From contig OZ024741.1 of assembly GCA_964016885.1 (NCBI GenBank), positions 292,888,001 to 292,952,000 of the forward strand: a stretch of 64,000 nt of DNA. Reading direction: 5' to 3'. Both the position numbers and the translations under genes were made by a program. This stretch comes from Eledone cirrhosa. Taxonomy: Eukaryota. Of the stretch, positions 54,263 through 64,000 are shown piece by piece (the stretch's first letter is position 1; each line of letters begins with the position of its first letter). Below the pieces are notes generated by a model. The model had not been told where the DNA came from. It worked only from the letters and a program-made list of their open reading frames with translations, and ran no database searches.

Positions 54263-54714
54263 AAAGTTATATTTAAATTGTTGGGTTACAACGAGTAAAT
54301 ATTTATAACTGAAATAAAAGCACTCAACAAGTATTTGGAGTATATTTACGATATTAAACAAATGGAAACTATATTTATAAAACCATATTTATTTCATTAT
54401 ATATATTTCAGGGATATCATATAAAAATATGCTATGCCTTCTTCAGACAAAATACAATATAAACAGTCTTATAAATAGATAGATTCGACATACCTTTCAA
54501 CATCGACTTGCTTTTGAGAAGTTGATTTGATACCAAATCAACTTCTCAAAAGCAAGTCGATGTTGAAAGGTATGTCGAATCTATCTATTTATAAGACTGT
54601 TTATATTGTATTTTGTCTGAAGAAGGCATAGCATATTTTTAATATGATATCCCTGAAATATATATAATGAAATAAATATGGTTTTATAAATATAGTTTCC
54701 ATTTGTTTAATATC

Positions 54715-54717
<3 letters not shown>
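54261..54717. mobile_element. Fold-back hammerhead element: 183/184-bp arms, 4-nt loop
   Basis: 54347-54529 is the reverse complement of 54534-54717 (one indel); (TA)n flanks. Confidence 0.85.
54609..54674 (+). ncRNA. Type I hammerhead ribozyme (mirror copy at 54390-54454, minus)
   Basis: TATTTTGT-CTGAAGA-AGG..CATATT ttt AATATG..CCT-GAAA-TATATA-TA-ATGAAATA. Confidence 0.8.
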
Positions 54718-54750
<33 letters not shown>

Positions 54751-54785
54751 GCATACATGAATGATATATATATATATATATATAT

Positions 54786-55470
54786 TAGAATTGGCGCTCT
54801 GAAATAGCGATATATATATGAATGTATATATAGTGTATTTTGCAATAAACTGTATGCTTAATTTCGAAGACCTTACGCTATTGTTTTAGTGTAGTGACAG
54901 TCTCAGTTACTTTTAATTTTTAGCAAACAGGGGAGATAAAGCTGACCGAGCTGTGTTTCGTACTGATTGGTACTTATCAAAGCCAAGTACTCCACCTGTT
55001 TGCTGAAAATCATGAATGTTTGATTCTTATAGAATTTCTAGTAATAATCAGGAACTGATTATACAGAGCAGTTGCCGGTCAAGCAGAAATTGAAAATGCT
55101 TTCAATTAAGCATACAGTGTATTGCAAAATACACTATATATATACATTCATATATATATCGCTATTTAAGAGCGCCAATTCTAATTTTCAATTTCTGTTT
55201 GACCGGCAACCGCTCTGTTCCTGATTATTACTAGAAATTCTATAAGAATCAAACATTCATGATTTTCAGCAAACAGGTGGAGTACTTGGCTTTGATAAGT
55301 ACCAATCAGTACGAAACACAGCTCTGTCAGCTTTATCTCCCCTGTTTGCTGAAAATTAAAAAGTGAAACTGTCACTACTCTAAAACAATAGCATAAGGTC
55401 TTCGAAATGCTTTTAATTAAGCATACAGTGTATTGAAAAATACACTATATATATATATTCATATATATAT
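54786..55470. mobile_element. Inverted plus partial-tandem element (A'B'-A-B-A) carrying a degenerate hammerhead
   Basis: 54786-54862 mirrors 55104-55182; 54862-55097 mirrors 55184-55408; hammerhead-like 55288-55332 (plus) and 54940-54984 (minus). Confidence 0.7.
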
Positions 55471-55832
55471 ATATATATATATTTATATACATCCATGGGT
55501 GTGTGTATATTCTGCCTCTATGAACATGTCTCTCTATATATGTATATATTTATAAAGGATATATGCATTTGGAAACATGTGAACACATTAAAATGTTTGT
55601 ATGTCAGGGAATTAAAGTAGAGGGAGGCAAATGAAGACCTGGGCAGAGATTGTGAGAGCTAATCTCTAATCACTGAAGTTCATGGAGGAGATGCCAAAGG
55701 ACTGCAACAAGTGGAGGGAAGCTGTGCTGGAAAAGACATGTACAACCCATGCAAGCATGAAAAAAAAACATGTAAAGTGATGATGCATATATACATATAT
55801 TTTTATGCATATTTAATGTAACTATCTATCTA

Positions 55833-55866
<34 letters not shown>

Positions 55867-55867
55867 A

Positions 55868-56646
55868 CCAGGGTAAGAACAGGATGGAATAAGTTCAGGG
55901 AGCTACTACCACTGCTAGCTGCAAAAGGCTTTTCCCTCAAAATGAAAGGCAGACTGTATGATGCGTGCATACGAACACCAATGTTACATGGGCACTATGT
56001 GTAGAAGACTTGTGTAGATTAGAAAGAAACGAAGCTTGCATGCTCCGATGGATGTGTAATTGCAATATACGCAAACAGCAAAGCATAAACGAATTGAAAC
56101 AGAGACTGAGCATAAGAGGAATCAAATGCTGTGTGCAGGAGAAGAGGTTGCATTGGTATAGACATGTGATGATGCATATGAAGGATGACAGCTGCATAAA
56201 TTGACGCCTTGGAGTGGGAAGACCCAAGAATACCTGGGATGAGGTGATAAAAGCTGACCTTGCCCAATTGCACCTCTCAAAGGACCATGACCCCTGGCAT
56301 CATGCAGTAATACAGAAGACCCGACTTCCTATGGGTACAAGCCGAAGCTGAAGCATATAGACAATATGCCCTCCCCCTCCCACTGCAGTGTGGTCATGGA
56401 GGTGTCACAACAAAAAAGCACCCAGCCCACACTGTAAAGTGGTCGTGTAGGCGCCACAGAAAAAAAGCACCCGGCACTCACTGTAAATGAAGTTGGTGTA
56501 AGGAAGGGCATCCAGCTGTAGAAAGCAAGCCAAAATCAGTTCCCATATGAGCAAGATGAGGTCAGCCGACCTGGTACTGCCCACAACAGGACAACCCATC
56601 CAACCCATGCTAGCATGGAAGAATGGACGTAAAGCGGTGACGATGA
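55868..56646 (+). mobile_element. RTE LINE 3' fragment with 3' UTR
   Basis: Homologous to 22515-23020 (GWNKFRELLPLLAAKGFSLKMKGRLYDACIRT..), followed by a GGAAGGGCATCCAGC-containing tail. Confidence 0.8.
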
Positions 56647-57936
56647 TATATCATCATTTAATGTGTGTTTTATTAACTATTTTCTATGCCTGCATGGGTT
56701 AGATGAGTTGACATATACTTAGGCTAGACTATTCAGGTGACCATGTCTTGATCATACATTGTTTTAGGTTTTGTTTTTACAGCTGGATGTCTTTTCTAAT
56801 GCCAAAGACTTTACAGTATGTACTGGAAGCATTTCATTGTGAGGCCACTACAACTCCCTTACAGGGTGGCCTGAATGTTTTTAATTTTACATCTTGGGTT
56901 GGGTGTATTATATTGTGGCACCAACAGGATCACCATACAAAATAATCTGCGTTCAATTTTGTGTGGTATTAGTAGTACTCCATTACAACACTAAGTTGCT
57001 TGTTCTCTGTAGGCAGGTGAAACCAATTATATGAATGGGGATATGCTACTTGCCTGAGAAGTGTCTCACACCACATTGGGAGAGCAAGTTTCCAGTTGTG
57101 GAGGTAGCCTTTAAACAAGTGAGTTCTGACATTCTGTTGTGTGGCATGTCTAGATTTCCATGTTGGCATGGGTTTGACAAGGACATAAGGATAAAGGGGG
57201 AGCACTGTGTTTGCCCTGTCTATCCATGATGGTATAGGTTGGATGAAGAAAGGCAGAAGATAAGTATGTCTTATATAAATATATGTATATATAATATATA
57301 GAATTTCGATGTTATATGTATATACACACACGCGCATACATACACAGTTATTATTTTCTGTAAATTAGTTCATGTTTGCCAGAAGAAATCATAGATAGCT
57401 ATTTTAATTCAGTTTATGTATATCCAATGACAGATTCCTGAAGTTTATCTCAGATTTATTTAAAAAGAAAGTAACCATTTTTAGATCAGGCGCTTTAGTC
57501 TATGTGTGTATTTTATTTTATTTCAAGTGCTTCATTGATAATATAAGAGTTGTCCTGTAATCATTGAATTCATTGTGATAGTTATTGTTTTGTATCAAAT
57601 TTAAGTTAAGTTTTCCTTTTATTTGTATCATTTTTAAACTTCATTGCAAGAACTGTCTCCCTTGAAATATATAGCAACTCAGTCTAATTTGCAATGATTT
57701 TATCATTATTCTATTTGAATTTGTATATTCTAATCTGAATTGGAATTTTTGAATGATTCTTATATAAATAAATAGTGGAAAATTAGCAGAATCACTAGGA
57801 TAACCGCTAGAATGTTTCACAGAATTTGTTTCACTTTCTGTGTTCTGTGTTTAAATCATACTAAGGTCAACTTTCTCTTTCGTCCTTTCAAGTTTGTTGA
57901 ATAAAGTACCAGTCCAGTACTGGAGTTGATACTGCT

Positions 57937-57969
<33 letters not shown>

Positions 57970-59073
57970 AGATCAAAAGATGGTTAAAGGAGTTCCATAT
58001 ATTTTATTATGCGCATTTCAAAAACAAACATCATCAAGCAATAATATTTGTGTTTTCATCAGATAAAACAGGAGAACATGATATGAAGGCTAAAAAACAC
58101 TTGTGGATAGTGCAGTTTTAAATCAACATATGAAAAGTGGTTTTAGATTGATGTGTGATATTGGGAAAAATATTTTATTTAGAGAGGGGGGGGGAAGGAT
58201 GAAAAGGGAAGGAGATGAGAGGGAGAGATGGGTGATAGAGAGAAAGAGATAGTTTTTATAACTGAGAGGAGATATATTTTTTACATAGAGAGGTTGAAAA
58301 CCGTTGGAAGATACTGTATAAATTAAACATTTTGAAAATTAACGAAGGGAGGATATGTGCGAGGAAAAAATATTTTATTTAGGGAGGGGGGTGGTGGAAA
58401 GGATGAAAAAAAGGGGGAGGAGATGAGAGTGAAGGTGGAGAGGGAGAGATGGGTGATAGAGAGAAAGAGATAGTTTTTATAACTGAGAAAAAGATATATT
58501 GTTTTAATATAGAGAGGTTGGGAACCGTTGGAAGATAATGTATAAATTAAAGGAATTTGAAAATTAACGAAGGGAAATTATGTATGAAGATAGAGAGAAA
58601 AAAATAATAATTGTGGGTGAATATTCTAACGTCAAAAGAAGAAATGTATGTATTGTGGCAATTTCAAAATTAGCGAAGAGAAAAATTGTTAAGGTTTGTG
58701 TGTAGAAGGATTTGAGAAAAATAATGTGAAGTTAAAGTTTGTATATTGAATTGATAATATGTGCGAATAAAGAGTTAATATGTATTAATAATGAGTTCGT
58801 TGATGGGGAGAAAAAAATAATAATAAATTAAGGATGAAATTGAGATTAAAAAGATTTATGATAGAGAGAAAAAATAATAATGATTGCGGAAGAATATTCA
58901 AAATGTCAAAAACAAATGTTATGATTTTACGAGAAGATAGAATGAGGGTAATGAGTAAACGAGTATTATAGAGTGTATAATGCCCTTTAAAGTAAGGTAG
59001 ATGGGTATATTTTAAAGAGGTGTATGTATATGTGCCTTTGAGAAAAGATTCTAAATTGATAAAGAATTGAATA

Positions 59074-59899
59074 TTAACTGTATACTTTGTGAAAAGTTCT
59101 ATGGAATTTATGCAGGCAGATAGAAAACAAATCTGAGCGTCTATTTATTATAGAATCTAGGTTAGAGATAATGGTAAATTTTTCATTTAGGCAGAGATTA
59201 CAGATTTTAGATAGAGAGCTGTTCAAGTATGAGGATGCAGAAGAAATCTTCTTCCAAAAGATGGTATATTTAATGTTTTTGTCTTTTAAGGACCATATGA
59301 GTTCTGAGAGAGCAGTGTTAGTTCTTTTAAGTTTGTATTTGAAAGATGAATGATGATTATAGAGACGAGCTTTAAAAGAGGTGGAAGTGGAGCCAAAATA
59401 GGTGAAGGAATTGGTGCTAGTTATAATTTTACATTCATAAATTAAGTTTTTATCGAGGCAATGGTTGTTGAGAGGACATTTATTTTTAATGCGGCAGTTG
59501 CAATTAGAGAGATTATTAATGAGTGATCTAGTGTTATCTATAGAAGGAATTGGATTGGAGAAGTTGTTTGCGATAGGAATAATAGGAATAATAGTTTCTT
59601 GATTTAGAGTTGGATTATGAACATTTAGCGAAGTTGTGTTTGACGTTGTATTTGGGTTTACAGAAGTTAGCCTAGGGTTTACAATGACGTCGGGAGTACT
59701 ATTACTGTTATTATGAAATTCAATATTGGAAGGAAGAGATTTAGTATTTAATATTTTGTTGTTGTGTTTAGAGATGATGTTGGAAATATTGGAGGATGTG
59801 GAATACGAAAATTTGATGGTGTGTTTGTTAAATATTTTACTATAGATATGTGAGGGAGGGAAGCATTTATTTAAGGCACTAAAAGATAATTTAGGAATA
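59074..59899 (-). pseudogene. Inverted duplicate of the PLE ORF 3' part (GIY-YIG)
   Basis: Translation nearly identical to 60379-61204 (NNHCL vs NNYCL). Confidence 0.88.
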
Positions 59900-61204
59900 A
59901 ATTGCAATATAGTTAAACTTAATATTATTAAGAACAATATACGTAATCTCTTTAACCAACATAACCTAAAAATTGAATTTGATAATAGTATCAAACTAGC
60001 TAATTTCTTGGATGTATCTCTTAATCTTGACACTGGCCTATATTACCCTTACCATAAAAACAATGAGAACCTTAATTATGTTAACTTTAAATCTAACCAT
60101 CCTACCAATATCAAGAATGCTATAGTTAATAATATTGGAAATAGAATATCTAACATATCTTCTAATAAAAACATCTTTGATGCTAACGCCAATTACTATA
60201 ATAACGCACTTTCTAAAGCCGGCTATCCAGATAAAATCAAATATAATAAAGAAACAAATTCTAGAAAAACTTACAGTAGAATAATTAATCATGACCATTC
60301 CAATAATTTTAATAAAAGACCTAGATACAAAAACATAATCTGGTATAATACTCCTTTCTCCATCTCTATTAATAACAATATTCCTAAATTATCTTTTAGT
60401 GCCTTAAATAAATGCTTCCCTCCCTCACATATCTATAGTAAAATATTTAACAAACACACCATCAAATTTTCGTATTCCACATCCTCCAATATTTCCAACA
60501 TCATCTCTAAACACAACAACAAAATATTAAATACTAAATCTCTTCCTTCCAATATTGAATTTCATAATAACAGTAATAGTACTCCCGACGTCATTGTAAA
60601 CCCTAGGCTAACTTCTGTAAACCCAAATACAACGTCAAACACAACTTCGCTAAATGTTCATAATCCAACTCTAAATCAAGAAACTATTATTCCTATTATT
60701 CCTATCGCAAACAACTTCTCCAATCCAATTCCTTCTATAGATAACACTAGATCACTCATTAATAATCTCTCTAATTGCAACTGCCGCATTAAAAATAAAT
60801 GTCCTCTCAACAACTATTGCCTCGATAAAAACTTAATTTATGAATGTAAAATTATAACTAGCACCAATTCCTTCACCTATTTTGGCTCCACTTCCACCTC
60901 TTTTAAAGCTCGTCTCTATAATCATCATTCATCTTTCAAATACAAACTTAAAAGAACTAACACTGCTCTCTCAGAACTCATATGGTCCTTAAAAGACAAA
61001 AACATTAAATATACCATCTTTTGGAAGAAGATTTCTTCTGCATCCTCATACTTGAACAGCTCTCTATCTAAAATCTGTAATCTCTGCCTAAATGAAAAAT
61101 TTACCATTATCTCTAACCTAGATTCTATAATAAATAGACGCTCAGATTTGTTTTCTATCTGCCTGCATAAATTCCATAGAACTTTTCACAAAGTATACAG
61201 TTAA
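59900..61204 (+). CDS. PLE ORF C-terminal part: RT C-terminus/thumb, Cys-rich linker, GIY-YIG endonuclease (5'-truncated, no internal stops)
   Basis: NFLDVSL, SNHP, IIWYNTPFS, CNCR..CPL..CL, LIYEC..YFGST..FKARLYNH (GIY-YIG variant), CNLCLNEK, CLHK; frame is open from 59900. Confidence 0.88.
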   Translation, partial: NCNIVKLNIIKNNIRNLFNQHNLKIEFDNSIKLANFLDVSLNLDTGLYYPYHKNNENLNYVNFKSNHPTNIKNAIVNNIGNRISNISSNKNIFDANANYYNNALSKAGYPDKIKYNKETNSRKTYSRIINHDHSNNFNKRPRYKNIIWYNTPFSISINNNIPKLSFSALNKCFPPSHIYSKIFNKHTIKFSYSTSSNISNIISKHNNKILNTKSLPSNIEFHNNSNSTPDVIVNPRLTSVNPNTTSNTTSLNVHNPTLNQETIIPIIPIANNFSNPIPSIDNTRSLINNLSNCNCRIKNKCPLNNYCLDKNLIYECKIITSTNSFTYFGSTSTSFKARLYNHHSSFKYKLKRTNTALSELIWSLKDKNIKYTIFWKKISSASSYLNSSLSKICNLCLNEKFTIISNLDSIINRRSDLFSICLHKFHRTFHKVYS

Positions 61205-61936
61205 TATTCAATTCTTTATCAATTTAGAATCTTTTCTCAAAGGCACATATACATACACCTCTTTAAAATATACCCATCTACCTTACTTTAAAGGGCATTA
61301 TACACTCTATAATACTCGTTTACTCATTACCCTCATTCTATCTTCTCGTATAATCATAACATTTGTTTTTGACATTTTGAATATTCTTCCGCAATCATTA
61401 TTATTTTTTTCTCTCTATCTTCATACATAATTTCCCTTCGTTAATTTTCAAATTCCTTTAATTCATACATTATCTTTCAACGGTTCCCAACCTCTCTATA
61501 TTAAAACAATATATCTTTTTCTCAGTTATAAAAACTATCTCTTTCTCTCTATCACCCATCTCTCCCTCTCCACCTTCACTCTCATCTCCTCCCCCTTTTT
61601 TTCATCCTTTCCACCCCCCCCTCCCTAAATAAAATATTTTTTCCTCGCACATATCCTCCCTTCGTTAATTTTCAAAATTTTTAATTTATACAGTATCTTC
61701 CAACGGTTTTCAACCTCTCTATGTAAAAAATATATCTCCTCTCAGTTATAAAAACTATCTCTTTCTCTCTATCACCCATCTCTCCCTCTCATCTCCTTCC
61801 CTTTTCATCCTTTCCCCCCCCTCTCTAAATAAAATATTTTTCCCAATATCACACATCAATCTAAAACCACTTTTCATATGTTGATTTAAAACTGCACTAT
61901 CCACAAGTGTTTTTTAGCCTTCATATCATGTTCTCC

Positions 61937-62007
61937 TGTTTTATCTGATGAAAACACAAATATTATTGCTTGATGATGTTTGTTTTTGAAATGCGCATAA
62001 TAAAATA
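61937..62007 (+). ncRNA. Type I hammerhead ribozyme in PLE 3' UTR (mirror copy at 58000-58070, minus)
   Basis: TGTTTTAT-CTGATGA-AAACA..TGTTTTT-GAAA-TGCGCA-TA-ATAAAATA. Confidence 0.85.
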
Positions 62008-63437
62008 TATGGAACTCCTTTAACCATCTTTTGATCTTATATTATGCATACTCCAGTCCCACAAACTGTAGAGTGCTTCTTATCCGATATCTGCATTGCT
62101 TTATTGTACTACAATAAAACTCACCTCCTACATTATATATATACATCCCCTCTTTCTCTGAAAGCATTCAACTGAGGTCCAGCCTGGCGAGGATTTAGCA
62201 CTATCAAGTTTAAACATTACGACACAACCGGGAGTTCCAGGTTCATGAATTATATAAATTTAGTAAGGATCAAATTGATTACAATAGTTATTTATTAATA
62301 TTAATTATAGAATGATAATTGTCTTTCATTTGCTTCATATTCAAATGTGTCAGTTTATTTGAAAAAAAAAACCCAACTTGATTACAAGTATTATCTTCTT
62401 TAATATGTATATGTAAATGAGACCATTATTGCTCCAATCAATCCTCAGAACACTGTAAACTGACTGCCAAATCACATTTATAACTCCTGTTAAACCAACC
62501 CACAACTGACCCTCAAATTCAGCAAACCAAACGTGGACTGCCAAACCAAACGTGAGCTACCCACTTTCCAAATTCAGCAAACCGAACAGGATCGCAACAT
62601 CCCATTCAATTTTGTTGCAATTTTGTTATTATTTCATGTGAATTTTTTTTGTTTTCTTCTCTCAATTTAAGATTTATAACAGTTTGAAAAATATACACAT
62701 CAGCATAAATATTAATCTCTGAGATTTAACTCTGAAACCACCCCTGAAACCACCCCTGGATCTACAGTATGAAACTGTTAGTTTTAAAGAGTTTATATTT
62801 ATTCAAAAGCCTTCTATCATATTTTTATGTAAGAATCTTTATTAAGTTCCACACACCAGCATAACAATGAAAAAATTATAAAACTAAATTTCTCCAAAGT
62901 CTTCATTATTTTTCAAAAATTAATTAATTGTAGGCAGTATCATAAGAAATAAATTAAATATTTGATACCCATTGCAAATGCCACATAGCAATGTTTGTAT
63001 AGATTTCCAGCCATGTAAACAACTGGTACAGTTTTAATTTATAGCCAAAGCCACTTCACCTTTCTTGTCATTCTGATGTTTTTGAGGAGGGAAAAATAGC
63101 ACAAATGTTTGCATTCTCTTATTTTCCTCCTCTGCTCAAAAAGTCGTTGTGTGCCAATTTAAAAATAATCCGATATTTCTCATATCACCAATGATTATTC
63201 TTATCATTATCATCACCACCAACATCATTATCATCATCATCATCATCATCATCAAAGTCATTTAGTTTGTTAGGGGAAGTTCTTATATTCAATTATAAGG
63301 TGTTAAGCACTATCAAGGCATTCCTTTAATTCTATTGGAAAGAATATAAGTTTTGTTTTTGTATTTAGTTCCAAATTTCATTTATATGTAAATTCACATT
63401 GAAAGAAAGAACATAAAAGATGCTGCTGCTGCTGCTG

Positions 63438-63507
<70 letters not shown>

Positions 63508-63659
63508 AACTACTACCAAGAAGAAGAAGAAGAAAAATGTGTTCCATCAAAAAAGAAGTGCAGGAATTTGGAGTAAAATTTGGGCAGAAGTAAAAAATCC
63601 ACAATGAAAATGCCCTTGGATTGATAGATTATCTACTGACTCATCCCCCTTAGGAGAAC

Positions 63660-64000
63660 AAAAGTGGGAGAATATGAAGGTACACAATGTAAGATCTGCT
63701 CTCAGAAAATAGGGCAAATGGAAATTTCCAAGAAAAGATAAAATTCCTGATTTTTGGTTGAATGCTTTTTCAGAAAACCATAAACTGCCAACTAGAATCT
63801 ATAACAATATTATACTGTAACCTGATAGATACCTTCTTGGCTAGTTAATGTTGTTACATTCTTGCTTCTGAAAAATGAAGAAACAAATGAACCTAAAAAC
63901 TACAGACCTATAACCGGCTTAACTATGTATAGGATATTAACATCTGTTTTCAATGAATATATGTATAACTTCTTAACAGGAAATCAAATCTGCTCCAAGA
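63660..64000 (+). mobile_element. Decayed non-LTR RT fragment, R4/Dong-like (runs off window)
   Basis: WKFPRKDKIPDFWLN and PSWLVNVVTFLLLKNEETNEPKNYRPITGL-TMYRILTS resemble RT motifs 0-2 of RLE-type LINEs. Confidence 0.55.

Larger units (their letters stand above)
57962..62045. mobile_element. Penelope-like retroelement, 5'-truncated with long inverted 5' copy
   Basis: Left arm 57962-59899 is the reverse complement of 60379-62045 plus an extra 271 bp; 479-bp spacer; (TA)n on left flank; hammerheads at both outer ends. Confidence 0.93.

Noticed and set aside
59900-60033. N-terminus of the 319-aa minus ORF as a novel fusion gene
   Set aside because: Antisense read-through of the PLE spacer into the inverted arm; a by-product of the inversion junction

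Overview
AT-rich, repeat-dense animal (non-bacterial) DNA. The SINE types and the abundant (TA)n/(CA)n/(CAT)n microsatellites suggest a cephalopod such as octopus; this is inferred, not verified. Most ORFs in the track are translated microsatellites. Protein-coding remnants all belong to transposons: a full-length decayed L1/Tx1-type LINE (12.4-18.3 kb, minus); RTE-clade LINE fragments, one with a PHD-type finger; RTE-X-, CR1- and R4-like fragments; an internally deleted mariner; and a young Penelope-like element (PLE; RT C-terminus plus GIY-YIG) forming a 4-kb inverted repeat (58-62 kb). There are also a non-autonomous Helitron, MITEs and many SINEs. Two unexpected signals stand out. (1) About a dozen loci from several unrelated sequence families carry intact, partial or decayed minimal type-I hammerhead ribozymes. 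Most lie in short (TA)n-adjacent elements with direct repeats and fold-back inversions, which looks like a retrozyme population mobilised by PLEs. (2) At the L1 ORF1/ORF2 junction, a 53-nt GT-AG segment would, if spliced, remove the ORF1 stop and fuse ORF1 in frame to an ORF2 that has no start ATG. No host gene could be confidently identified. All alignments and folds were done by eye.
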